From Octopus vulgaris (lineage: Eukaryota), in the NCBI GenBank assembly GCA_951406725.2, contig OX597818.1, positions 36,518,001-36,582,000 of the forward strand: a stretch of 64,000 bases of DNA, written 5' to 3'. Within the stretch, counting starts at the first letter, position 1, and each line of letters starts with the position of its first letter. The position numbers and the translations under genes were made by a program. The notes beneath the pieces were generated by a model. It was given only the letters and a program-made list of their open reading frames with translations, was not told the origin of the DNA and ran no database searches. This document shows positions 41,201 through 53,799 of the stretch, piece by piece.

Positions 41201-42039
41201 TATATAAATAATCATGAAAATGGCAAACCATTGCGTGCCTCATCTAAGGTTGTTAGTTGTTAAAGGATGAAGTATTTTATGGGTGCGAAGAGGAAGGCTT
41301 AGTCATTTTGTTTTGGCTTACTAATATTTTCATTGATTATAAGGCATATTTTTAGTGGGCTTGAAGGCTTAATTTCTTCCCATTCGTGTTAAGGGTGAAT
41401 ATGAGCGATAATGTTTTCCTGAAGCATGTATTAACTGATGCTTTGTTTTATGTTTATTAATGATTCTTAAACATTTATCGGCAAAAATCCGACAAGGGTG
41501 TATCATAAAGGTTCCTACTTAGCTCTGCCTGCACCACGTTTAGTTGAGGGTGAGCGCTTAGATTTCGTTCCCTGAGACAATATGTAAATTTATGTTCAGA
41601 TCTGAACAGTATATTCATCCCACCTGAGTAAACTTCAAACCATAGAATTATCCGATATACTGATAGGAACATTGAATTTCGATCTCAGGATCCGTTTATT
41701 AGACCTGTACCATATTCACAAGTGTAATTAATTTCCACTTTGAAAGTCTTATGTGATATGCGATTATAGTAATCAAATATCATTACTATTACAAAATTAT
41801 ACTTATGTTGAAATTAGGGACATATGTTGCTTTGAGGCTAGTACTATTCTTAGATATATTAGACTTAGTTTCATAAATGTCATTGGTTTTATTTTATCAG
41901 CTCTAATTAATTTATATTCTTTTGATACAAAAATAACATTATTTATTCGATTCGATTATTACATAATTTTCAAAACCTACAAATTACTAGATTCAGTCTA
42001 TTTCACTGTAAAAGTTTAAAACTCTTGGTGAAGGTGTCT

Positions 42040-42415
42040 GTGTTAGTAACTTAAGCAAAATATTCTTGGAAGTGAACATAAAAAATTAAAGCTAGAGTTT
42101 TTGATGGTCTCCATAGATGAACGTTTATAAAATATCCACATTCATAAATTCAATTAACAATACAGAGTCCAGTACAAGGCCTTTTATTCTGGATATCAAA
42201 AAATTTCTGGGCAACTCTAACGTAGGTAACTACTCTAGATTAGTAGACGGAATGTTCAATTGTATAAATTTTGGTCATAAAATGAGCATAAACGTTCGTT
42301 GAAAACAGTCATTTAGATCAATTGCAAGTAATGGGATACGAAAAGTAAAAGAAAATAAGGGGCAAGCTGGAATATATACATGATAGGTGAATACGGCGGG
42401 AATCTGCACCAGCAC
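42040..42415 (+). pseudogene. Decayed DNA transposase C-terminal fragment, Chapaev3-like
   Basis: With frameshifts it reads KLKARVFDGL...FINSINNTES...KKFLGNSNVGNYSRLVDGMFN...GHKMSINV...SHLD...WNIYMIGEY, recalling the KLKAGIFDGPQIR...FLGN...MSxKVHFLHSHLD...MMADYCW pattern. Confidence 0.65.
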
Positions 42416-42700
42416 TTTTTCAGTTTATCTTATTCGTGGAACACCTGTAAAAGAAGATTATTATGTTAAAACGCTGATTTCATTAAGATTCATGTTTATT
42501 ATTTTACAATTAATTTAGATTTAAAGGAGTGTGTTCTCTCTTGAAAACTAAACTTTATATGTTGAAAGCGATGGTATAGTTGCAAGCATAGGCAATATAT
42601 CCAAGGACAGATCTAATTCGTTACCTATAGCCTCAGGCTGAGCAAATCTTTGTAAGTGGATTTGGATTTGGTAGACGTAGTCTGGAAGAAGCCTGTGTGT

Positions 42701-42761
<61 letters not shown>

Positions 42762-42777
42762 AGATTTATATACATAT

Positions 42778-42824
<47 letters not shown>

Positions 42825-42839
42825 TATATGTATATATAT

Positions 42840-42902
<63 letters not shown>

Positions 42903-42959
42903 CTGTCAATGTGTTTTTCCCACAGTACCAATTGAAAATTGGTGGTGGTATGCATACGT

Positions 42960-43148
42960 CACTCGAGCCAACCAAAGCCTTGTGTTTGGATTTCGTAGAC
43001 GGAAACTAAAAGAAGCCTGTCGTATATATATATTGATATATGTATGTCTGTGTTTAGAATAAGTCCTGGGGTCGAATTGTTCGACCAAAGGTGGTGCTCC
43101 AGCATGGCAGCAGTCAAATGATTTAAACAAATAAAAGAATAAAAGAAT
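42960..43148 (+). mobile_element. SINE family A, deleted copy (another fragment at ~42625-42700)
   Basis: CCAAAGCCTTGTG...GTAGACGGAAACT...GGTGCTCCAGCATGGC. Confidence 0.8.
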
Positions 43149-43363
43149 ATAACAATCTACCTAACTACATATCTATATACATACGTATATATATATATGT
43201 TTATATATATATATATACGTATATATAAACATCCGTATGTGTAATCGTATAAGAATTATAAATCTTATAATAGTATACTATGTTTTCTTGCACAAATGAA
43301 TGACGGCCACATCACGATTGCCTAGTGTTGAAGTAATCGGCACTAAACTATATATTGATACTT

Positions 43364-43421
<58 letters not shown>

Positions 43422-43601
43422 ATGTATACATGTATGTATATATATATATATATATGTATGTTTGTATATATGTATGTTTGTATATATGTAGGTATATATG
43501 TATATACATATGTATGTACATATATACATACTTGTATATGTATTTGTATACATATATGTATATATATATATACATGCATATATATATATGTATGAATGTA
43601 T

Positions 43602-43687
<86 letters not shown>

Positions 43688-43690
43688 TAT

Positions 43691-43820
43691 TTATATAGAA
43701 GGAGCTTCTACAGGACTAGAACTGTTTCATTCAAGAGAAATCTTCAGGAAGCTTCAGGGCTTCCTGAAGATTTCTCTTGAATGAAACAGTTCTAGTCCTG
43801 TAGAAGCTCCTTCTATATAA
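43691..43820. ncRNA. Perfect palindrome (62-bp arms, 6-nt spacer) made of two head-to-head type I hammerhead motifs (+ 43757-43810; - 43701-43754)
   Basis: Plus strand: GGGCTTC-CTGAAGA-T TTC tctt GAA T-GAAA-CAG ttctagtc CTG-TA-GAAGCTC. Arms 43691-43752 and 43759-43820 are exact reverse complements. Confidence 0.85.
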
Positions 43821-44327
43821 TAAATTAATTTTACTCTGCTATGTATTGAGTACCTTATTTACTGTGGTTAACCCCGAATCAACCCGGGACCTACATATAT
43901 ATATATATATATAACTAATGTAGGATAAAATTTTTTTCGAAAAAAAATTTTATCAATGGACAGCATATCAAAAAAAACCTGTAAAGGTTAAATTTATAAA
44001 TAACTTATAAAATATTTTATATTTTATAAGTTATTTATGAGCGTCCAATAATACTATATTTGTTCCACGTTCCTGCGTTGTTGTGTATTTTTTGTGCTTT
44101 CTTGTTTGGATTATACAGGAAGCATTTTTGATTAGAAAACGGATATAAAGGCTCCTATTGTATTATGCCCACTCCAGCCAAATGACAGTAACTGGCACTA
44201 CCAGTTTTTAGAGGTTGCACCGATTTGTGCCGATCAAATATAGGATAAATATGGTAGTAATAATAATGATGGTGATAATAATAATAATGATAATAATGAT
44301 AATAATGATAATAACAAAAACAGCAAC

Positions 44328-44389
<62 letters not shown>

Positions 44390-44392
<3 letters not shown>

Positions 44393-44608
44393 CATAACAA
44401 AAACACCAGAAATACATAACAAAAACACCAGGACTTACAAACACATATAACATACAGAAAATTGCACTACTAGGCACTGCACACATCCTACGCAGAACAC
44501 TTTCCATACAATAACCATCAGAGCATCACAACAAATCACAGCACATACCCAAGGCACACAGAGCTGCGCTCGGTAGTGAAGTGAAAGCACGCTATAAAAA
44601 TAAAACTA

Positions 44609-44658
<50 letters not shown>

Positions 44659-44957
44659 GACCTGGAAATAGAGGTAACCAGAATGTGGAATCTAAAAACA
44701 GAAACAATTCCTATCATAGTAGGTGCATTAGGCATGATAAAAAATATTCAGACAAATACATAACAAAAACACCAGGACTTACAAACACATATAATATACA
44801 GAAAATTGCACTACTAGGCACTGCACACATCCTACGCAGAACACTTTCCATACAATAACCATCAAAGCATCACAACAAATCACAGCACATACCCAAGGAA
44901 CACAGAGTTGCGCTCGGTAGTGAAGTGAAAGCACGATATAAAAATAAAACTACTGAG
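44390..44957 (+). mobile_element. Two tandem near-identical R4/Dong-like 3' ends separated by (TAA)n
   Basis: DLEIEVTRMWNLKTETIPIIVGALGMIK...PGLTNTYNIQKIALLGTAHILRRTLSIQ* plus the same 3' UTR twice (to ~44612 and ~44957). Confidence 0.9.
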
Positions 44958-44989
44958 TAATAATAATGATAATAGTAATAATAATAATA

Positions 44990-45050
<61 letters not shown>

Positions 45051-45052
<2 letters not shown>

Positions 45053-45745
45053 GAGATTGAAAAATCTCAGGGTGTAGACTCTTAGCACCTGTAGAATATA
45101 AAGCAAGACATGACAGAGTCGGCCAGTATTTACGTTGGACAATATGTCGGCATTATAAAATCAAAACCGCTGACAAATGGTATAAACAACATCCTGAAGC
45201 TGTGACTGAGGGAGAAATTGTGTCGATTCTATGGGACTTCCCCGTACAGACCGACAAAACTATAAAAGCTAATAAACCGGATATTATTATAAAAAATCAG
45301 ACAAAAATGATGTGTTTATTAATTGACATGAGTATTCCTTGCGATCACAATATAGCGGCGAAAGAATTTGACAAGATTAGTAATAGAAATTGAAGAAACG
45401 TGGCATCTCAAGGCGACTACAGTACCAGTGATTGTAGGATCTCTAGGAATGATAAAAAAAAAAGGTACTGAAACCTATTTGAAAATGATTCCAGGCTTAC
45501 CATCCCTACAGGAAGTGCAAAAAGTCGTATTAACTGGAATGGCTCATGTACTGCGATGAGCACTATCGCTGTGAAAACAACATCCATCCATGAATTTATT
45601 TATTTATTAATTTTTGAATACATATTTTGTCTGTGAATTTGCGCGTGTAATCTGGGAATGCATACAATGAACTTCTCTGCCCTTGGTGTGTGGAAAACAC
45701 TCGGCGAGAAACGGAAGAAAATTTGAATAAAGAGGGAAAAAACAT
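45051..45745 (+). mobile_element. R4/Dong-like 3' fragment (restriction-like endonuclease), another subfamily
   Basis: ORFs 45202-45393 and 45368-45559: ILWDFPVQTDKTIKANKPDIII...LLIDMSIPCD...VPVIVGSLGMIKK...EVQKVVLTGMAHVLR. Homologous to 61150-61780 (-). Confidence 0.9.
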
Positions 45746-45776
45746 AATAATAATAATAATAATAACAATAATAATG

Positions 45777-45822
<46 letters not shown>

Positions 45823-45842
45823 TAATAATAATTACAATAATC

Positions 45843-46104
45843 ATGGATGAAATTTATAAATATCTTAATGCATTGCTACGCACATTTCAACAAATCACAT
45901 TTGTCTTCGGATCATAGTCTGTATTCCCAGGATGATTACAGTACAGTCCGTGGGACCCATGGACATCGGGTTGATCATATTCATGCGTTGGATACTACGG
46001 ACTCTACTGTAATCATACTGGAAGACGGACTATGATCATAAGAAACATGTGAATTGTGGAAACGCGCGAAGCGATACATTAAAATATTTATGAATTCCAT
46101 CCAT
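45843..46104. mobile_element. Fold-back (MITE-like) element with ~125-bp imperfect arms
   Basis: ATGGATGAAATTTATAAATATCTTAATG pairs with CATTAAAATATTTATGAATTCCATCCAT. The inner GATCATAGTC/GACTATGATC and ATGATTACAGTA/TACTGTAATCAT also pair. Confidence 0.8.
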
Positions 46105-46124
46105 TAGTTATTATTATTATTATT

Positions 46125-46598
46125 GAGTGAGAGAGCAGTTCATGCCATCAAAGTGACACTGGGGTAAAATATACGAAGCCCAATATACCCATCATGACTA
46201 CCCGTCTGTTAAGGGTACACCAGGCACATGCATCACAACCATATGTGCGCGACATGGTGATCTCATAAAAAGATAAACAGCACATGACCTTGCAGGTAGG
46301 GCCCAGTTAGAATTTTCTTCAGGTTGAGTAGCCCATCCCGCTCAAACGGTCCCTGAATAAGGGTTGTTTAAGGATGTTGAAAAAACCACCCATGTTTCCA
46401 GAGGTGAATTATTCAAACCCCAAAGAATCCCTCTCAACACATGGCTATGATGCTCCCCCACTACTTTTGCTCGTCATCAGAGATGCACATATCGTCAGCC
46501 ACTAAGGGACATGCTCAACTGGTTAAGGTCAAACAACTGACAAGCAAATCTGTGGTATTGAGCAGAATATTTGCTGTAGCACATCTTTTATACCAAGA

Positions 46599-46661
<63 letters not shown>

Positions 46662-47219
46662 CATTGAGTGAGAGAGCAGAGCATGCCATCAAAGTGACGC
46701 TGGGGTAAAATATACGAAGCCCAATATACCCATCATGACTACCCGTCTGATAAAGGTACACCAGGCACATGCATCACAACCATATGTGCGCGACATGGTG
46801 ATCTCATATCAAGATAAACAGCACATGACCTTGCAGGTGGGGCCCAGTTAGAATTTTCTTCAGGTTGAGTAGCCCATCCCGCTCAAACGGTCCCTGAATA
46901 AGGGTTGTTTAAGGATGTTGAACGAAACACCCATGTTTCCAGAGGTGAAGTATTCAAACCCCAAAGAATCCCTCTCAACACACGGCTATGATGCTCCCCC
47001 ACTACTTCTGCTCGTGATCAGAGATGCACATATCGTCAGCCACTAAGGGACATGCTCAACTGGTTACGGTCAAACAACTGACAAGCAAATCTGTGGTACT
47101 GAGCAGAATATTTGCTGTAGCCCATCTTTTATACCAAGACAAAACAATGTACATGATAACACTTCCAATCAGTTAAGATCAGAAGCCATGAGAGCCACTG
47201 CCTGGTACTGCATCAGGGC

Positions 47220-47220
<1 letters not shown>
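46125..47220 (-). mobile_element. Two tandem copies of the ~555-bp (TAA)n retroposon (truncated 46125-46600; full 46666-47220)
   Basis: Reverse complement of 28992-29546, embedded in (TTA)n. Confidence 0.9.
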
Positions 47221-47292
<72 letters not shown>

Positions 47293-47325
47293 TTTATTAC
47301 TATATATACAAACATACATACATAC

Positions 47326-47412
<87 letters not shown>

Positions 47413-47823
47413 AAGATTGATAGATAGATACCACTGTTTTACTCTGTAAAAATAACCACGTTGATAGTTTTAGCATTGAATATCTGAAGATATACTCACT
47501 GCATAATATTCTCGTTATCTATCTACCAAAATATATATTTAAGTAAATTATAATTACTATTGTGGAACAGGTGAGAAATTATCACAGTCCCAGTATCGCT
47601 TTACATCATGAAATACTGGAAGAGAAAATCTTCAATTTCACCTTCTCGTTGGCTCTGTTTTGTATAAGGTTTAGTATATTAATATTAACATGTAGATAAT
47701 TTATTTCGCCCTTGAAAATATTAGTACTGGAAGAAGGCTGTGAAACGGCCGTAACTTTAGAGATGTAAAGTGGTTAAATAACTATATTTACCTCTCATAC
47801 CTCCTGAATTTTTATGATATATT

Positions 47824-47888
<65 letters not shown>

Positions 47889-48185
47889 TGGACATTTATA
47901 TAAAAGCAAAATACGAAGACTGGTGTATGAACTAAAAGCAAGTGTATTAATTTGATGCTCGAGAATATGAAAAAGTCGTTTACATTTCGGGACTACGCCC
48001 TTCAACAAAAAGAAATCAGAGAAAATAGAGAGAATTGAAAAAGAACTGTAGAATTCAGCGGTCAATACTCTCTCTCTCCTCTCTCTCTCTCTCCTCTCTC
48101 TCACGCACACACACACACACATACACCCTCACAAATATATATATAAATGTATACACACACAGACATGTGAATATATATATATATA

Positions 48186-48401
48186 CGAGGCGGTGCTGTA
48201 AAGTTCTTGGCTTTCGATAAAAGAAAATACAGGGGGATCAGTTAATTATGATTTTATTCAACATGTTCTCCTCTAAGATTCACACACATATTGCAGCGAT
48301 TCTTCAGTTTTTCTACGCCCTGTGAAAGAACTAGGAAGGCTGAGCCTCCAACCAGGCTTTTCGTGATGCTCTTAAATCCGGGGACATTATAGTACCCCTC
48401 G
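48186..48401 (-). mobile_element. Mariner-derived MITE with TA TSD
   Basis: TA|CGAGG...CCTCG|TA termini. The minus strand retains a mariner C-terminus, GVEKLKNRCNMCVNLRGEHVE*. Confidence 0.75.
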
Positions 48402-48499
48402 TATGTGTATACAAATATATAGGCATAAATAAACATGCAGACACATATGTACGTATTTAAGCATATAATGCCGGTGCCCAAAAATAACCCTCTTTCTCC

Positions 48500-48559
<60 letters not shown>

Positions 48560-48561
48560 GT

Positions 48562-48890
48562 ATATATATATAAAATTAGAAAAAAAAACACCTTTTATCA
48601 ATTCAAAATGAACAATTAAATTACACCATCTAGAAAATTACATATAATAGAAAAGTTAAAACTAAAATAACAATATAATGTAAAGATTAAGTAAATTGCA
48701 AAAATAATAATAAAAACGTATATTATATACGTTTTTATTATTTTTTTATTATATTTGCAATTTACTTAATCTTTACATTTTATTTTTATTTTAATTTTAA
48801 CTTTTCTATTATATGTAATTTTCTAGATGGTGTAATTTAATTGTTCATTTTGAATTGATAAAAGGTGGTTTTTTCCTAATTTTATATATA
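48562..48890. repeat. AT-rich palindrome with ~155-bp arms between (TA)n runs
   Basis: CACCTTTTATCAATTCAAAATGAACAATTAAATTACACCATCTAGAAAATTACATATAATAG pairs with its reverse complement at ~48805-48868. A single arm occurs at 5630-5775. Confidence 0.85.
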
Positions 48891-48999
48891 TATTATATTG
48901 TGTGAAATTTGAGTTAGTATTTCTAAATTGAATTTTTTTTCTTGTAAGTTTGGATTTTATTCCATCAAATAATAATTATATATATATATAAATAAATAA

Positions 49000-49062
<63 letters not shown>

Positions 49063-49259
49063 TAATACTAAGTAATTAAGGGTTTAGCAACGAATTGCCT
49101 CACCAACACACCGAATTTAGAAATAGCAGTCAAAGAGATATAGCTATTCCTTCTACTAAAAGGGGGATCTCAGTAAAAACACAGCACTTGAAAGGCAAAC
49201 ACAGACAGGTAAGAAAGAAAGAATGAAATGACGGCAATCTATCATGCAATTTTAAGTTA

Positions 49260-49351
49260 CCTACGGACGTACGTTTCGAGATCAAGTTTTAGGATAGCAT
49301 AAGAATTAGAAAATTCTACTTTACCCAAACTTCTTCTCTCATCGGCGCAGG
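49260..49351 (-). ncRNA. Identical hammerhead motif on the minus strand
   Basis: Reverse complement of 50543-50634. Confidence 0.8.
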
Positions 49352-50542
49352 ATACGACAATTATGAATAATTGTATATTAAATTTTGAGATACTAGAATG
49401 CATCATCTCAACTCAGTGTCAGAGCGAGCCAAAGCATGACCAGTACCACGAAATTCAAAGTTTGAATGAAAGTTTGTGTCACCAGCCCCCTTCCACCCGC
49501 GTGTAGCCAAGACAAAATGCTGCGGTCATTCACTGGGATAAAATATGGTTATCAGTAATAATAATAAAGGGTGAAATTAATTAATTAGGGATAATTATCA
49601 ATTACACCAAGTAGATTTCGGCATGTAAAAGCCCCATTCGAGGAAAATTTAAGTAATACTAAGTAATTAAGGGTTTAGCAACGAATTGCCTCACCAACAC
49701 ACCGAATTTAGAAATAGCAGTCAAAGAGATATAGCTATTCCTTCTACTAAAAGGGGGGATCTCAGTAAAAACACAAAAAGGCAAACACAGACAGGTAATG
49801 AAATAACGGCAATTAATTTTAAAGTTCCTACGGACGTATAGATCAAGTTTTAGGATAGTAAGAATTAGAAAATTCTACTTTACCCAAACTTCTTCTCTCA
49901 TCGATGAGATAATTATGAATAATTGTATATTAAATTTTGAGATACTAGAATGCAGTGTCAGAGCGATTTTCAAAAGCATGACCAGTACCACGAAATTCTT
50001 ATGCTATCCTAAAACTTGATCTCGAAACGTACGTCCGTTAGGTAACTTAAAATTGCATGATAGATTGCCGTCATTTCATTCTTTTTTCTTACCTGTCTGT
50101 GTTTGCCTTTCAAGTGCTGTGTTTTTACTGAGATCCCCCTTTTAGTAGAAGGAATAGCTATATCTCTTTGACTGCTATTTCTAAATTCGGTGTGTTGGTG
50201 AGGCAATTCGTTCTACTAAACCCTTAATTACTTAGTATTACTTAAATTTTCCTCGAATGGGGCTTTTACATGCCGAAATCTACTTGGTGTAATTGATAAT
50301 TATCCCTAATTAATTAATTTCACCCTTTATTATTATTACTGATAACCATATTTTATCCCAGTGAATGACCGCAGCATTTTGTCTTGGCTACACGCGGGTG
50401 GAAGGGGGCTGGTGACACAAACTTTCATTCAAACTTTGAATTTCGTGGTACTGGTCATGCTTTGGCTCGCTCTGACACTGAGTTGAGATGATGCATTCTA
50501 GTATCTCAAAATTTAATATACAATTATTCATAATTGTCGTAT

Positions 50543-50634
50543 CCTGCGCCGATGAGAGAAGAAGTTTGGGTAAAGTAGAATTTTCTAATTCTTATGCTAT
50601 CCTAAAACTTGATCTCGAAACGTACGTCCGTAGG
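50543..50634 (+). ncRNA. Type I hammerhead motif with CCGAUGA core variant and extended stem II
   Basis: CCTGCG-CCGATGA-GAGA...TCTC-GAAA-CGTACG-TC-CGTAGG, with a palindromic stem III and a GUC site. Confidence 0.8.
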
Positions 50635-51280
50635 TAACTTAAAATTGCATGATAGATTGCCGTCATTTCATTCTTTCTTTCTTACCTGTCTGTGTTTGCC
50701 TTTCAAGTGCTGTGTTTTTACTGAGATCCCCCTTTTAGTAGAAGGAATAGCTATATCTCTTTGACTGCTATTTCTAAATTCGGTGTGTTGGTGAGGCAAT
50801 TCGTTGCTAAACCCTTAATTACTTAGTATTACTTAAATTTTCCTCGAATGGGGCTTTTACATGCCGAAATCTACTTGGTGTAATTGATAATTATCCCTAA
50901 TTAATTAATTTCACCCTTTATTATTATATATATATATATATATTTATATATATAAGAAATAATTAAGATTCAGTTGAATAAGGTTCTTAAGTTGATGCCC
51001 CAAGTCAGTCCGGTATTATCCGCAAGGCTCAAAATAAGGTGAATAAAAAACAAATAGGTTACAAGGATGTCCAGGTATTGGTGCATTACGGCCGTTTCAG
51101 GCGCCTCCATTTAATCGAATTAGTATACACTAGCAAAATATGTGTTGAGGATATGTAATTGACGTTGTTATAATAAATGAAAATGTTGATTTCTGATCTC
51201 GGATATACATATCTATAGCTCTGATGAAATATTTGCTAAAAATCATAATTGAATGTCGTGGTTGTTTGAGATTTCTATTT

Positions 51281-51367
51281 TGCAACTGAAGATGGCGCTG
51301 TGTTTCAAATTGATGTAATGCTTGCATTATTTGATTAAATGGAGCCGCCTGAAACGGCCGTAAAGCA
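51281..51367 (+). ncRNA. Hammerhead motif with long stem II; inverted partial copy at ~51060-51120
   Basis: TGCAA-CTGAAGA-T GGCG...CGCC T-GAAA-CGGCCG-TA-AAGCA. The minus copy reads GGCGCCT-GAAA-CGGCCG-TA-ATGCA. Confidence 0.65.
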
Positions 51368-51628
51368 CTGATACCCTGATATCCTTGTTAATTGTTTGCC
51401 TTATATATATGTGGTGTGTGTATACACACATACATATGTCCGTATGAGTGGAGTGGGGAGTGCGTGTGTGTAAGTGCATGTGCGTGTGTATAACTCCAGA
51501 TAAATCCATGTGTGTCCAGCTTTAAGTCACATAGAATATAATGCAAAGCGATTTTCATAAATATGGCATACATTTGTGTTGTTTACGATATGTATATCCG
51601 AGATCAAGAATTAAAATTTTCATTTATT

Positions 51629-51750
51629 ATTTCCGTCCACCAAATCCACTCGGGAGACTTTGGTCGGCCAGGGGCTATTGCAGAAGTGGGACTGCATCTG
51701 GAACTATGGGATTGGGAAGCAAGTTTCTTACCACAGAGCCACTCCTGCAC
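51629..51750 (-). mobile_element. SINE family A, 5' fragment
   Basis: CCAAATCCACTC...CTTACCACAGAGCCACTCCTGCACC is the reverse complement of the family head. Confidence 0.75.
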
Positions 51751-51763
51751 CTATGCACAGAGC

Positions 51764-51799
<36 letters not shown>

Positions 51800-51829
51800 C
51801 TACTAGTCTATACCTCTATATATAAATAT

Positions 51830-52132
51830 TTGTTTGGAGTTTGAAAATGCACATGAATCACAAAACGTGTAGTTTTATTAAATTTTATAGATTTATTCAA
51901 ATACCAAACCGGTTTCGACAAGTTTTTGCTCATCAATGGTAAAAAAATGTTTTAAATAAAGTGTACTTTAATTGTAACATTAAATTCTCATAAACCCTTT
52001 ATTCATATATTTTTTTTTTACCATTGATAAAGAAAAAATTGTCGAAACCGGTTTGGTATTTGAACAAGTCAATTACAAAATTTAATAACGATTGCACGTT
52101 TTGAGACTCAGATGTATTTTCAAAAACCAAAC
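51830..52132. repeat. Diverged inverted repeat in which each arm carries a decayed minimal HHR (- 51902-51941; + 52019-52058)
   Basis: TACCA-TTGATGA-GCAAAAACTTGTC-GAAA-CCGG-TT-TGGTA and TACCA-TTGATAA-AGAAAAAATTGTC-GAAA-CCGG-TT-TGGTA. Confidence 0.65.
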
Positions 52133-52200
52133 CAAAACTAGTTCTGTTAGGCTTTTTCCTGCGTAGGAATGCACTTCTTCTTCTCTCTCTCTCTCCTATT

Positions 52201-52294
<94 letters not shown>

Positions 52295-52586
52295 CATACA
52301 TACATACATACATACATACATACATACATACATACATACATACATACATACATGTATGTATGTATATTTCTTCGTGATGTTTACCACCTCAGTAATATCT
52401 ATCACTGGTGCAAGCAGAAGAACAGTATAGTTGGAATGAAAGTCTGTGGAATAGAAAAGCAGTGAAACTTGGCTGTTTCACTTCGCCATGTCTGCCGAGA
52501 GTTGTTCCATGTTTTATTGCTCCTCTCTGTTTTTCAAACTCATGACCTACACCGATTCTCTCTCTCTCTCTTTCTCTCTCTCTCTT

Positions 52587-52618
<32 letters not shown>

Positions 52619-52761
52619 GCTATCTGTCTCTCTCTCTCCTTTCCCTTTTTCTCACGCTCTCACTTTCTTACTCTGTTTCTCGATCTCTCTTTCTCAGTCT
52701 CTCGTTCGCTACCTCTCTGTTTCTCTTGCTCTTATTATTATTATTATCATTATTATTATTA

Positions 52762-52801
<40 letters not shown>

Positions 52802-52844
52802 CATCATCATCATCATCATTATTATTATTATTATTATTATTATT

Positions 52845-53738
52845 ACTAGTGGGACCCGTGAATATTTCACGGAATTAATGGTAAACCTATTGGGTTATTT
52901 CTGAAAACTTTATCCAAAAAAACTGAAAGCGTAGCCTATGTTATGTCTGTATGGAAAGACAGTCCTTCATCTGCTACTCATTGAAAAGTGAAAGAAATTG
53001 GAATACGGTGACTACTTCATGCACTTTATAAATACACTTTATAAACTTTATGCACAATTTTACAGATTTAAGGCACAATATAAAAAATAAACATTAACTC
53101 TTATTTTTCCATTTTTCCCATAAACAAAGACGAATATCCTGGACATATGATACAAAGTTTAGTTAAATTGTATATACCTGCCACGTAAATAACTGATTAT
53201 TTCACGGAATTGCAATTAAGTGCATGCGTTAAATGATAGATGAGATAAAAAATACTTAGTTCAATTAAAAAATACACTTTTCATTATCCAATCACCACCG
53301 TCACCTCCAACACCATCATATCTTTCAATTTCTGTCTCCTTTCTCTCTCTCTCCCTCTCTCTCTTCTCTCTCTCTATCTCTCTTTGCCTTTCTTTAATCT
53401 CACCATTAGAGCATCAACCCTCAGTTAAAATCATTATATTCTTAACTCTCCTCTTCTGTCATCACTACCTTCAACTAACTTTTTTAACCACGTAATAAAT
53501 ATTACGTTCCTCAAACCTCACGTCATGGACTTTTCTCTCTCACTCTTTCTGTCTCACTCTTCCCCTTGTCCTCTTTTTCTTTCTCCTCTTTTTCCCTTCA
53601 ACTAATCATGTGAAAGCGTTACAATTGCATTCCCTCTACCTCACTTCATGGACGCTTCTCTCTCCCTCATTTCTTTATCCATCTTTTTCTCTAATCACGT
53701 GAAAGCGTTACCAGCGGGCTAAGTAACGGAACGGCTAG
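52845..53738 (+). mobile_element. Non-autonomous Helitron-like element
   Basis: A 3' hairpin CGTTAC...GTAACG (53706-53728) is followed by CTAG|T (53735-53739). The 5' end is ACTAG plus the hairpin CCGTGAA/TTCACGG. It has internal ~105-bp subrepeats. Confidence 0.55.
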
Positions 53739-53799
53739 TTGTATTATTATAAGATTATTGGTGTTTGTTGTGGTGGTGGTGTTCATATTTTTGTTATTA

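Larger units (their letters stand above)
49061..50927. mobile_element. Inverted pair of tandem arrays of a ~591-bp non-coding HHR-bearing unit (Penelope pseudo-LTR or retrozyme-like), bounded by (TA)n
   Basis: AGTAATACTAAGTAATTAAG occurs at 49061 and 49652 (period 591). The right arm from ~49994 is the reverse complement and is also tandem (CTTATGCTATCC at 49998 and 50591). Confidence 0.85.
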
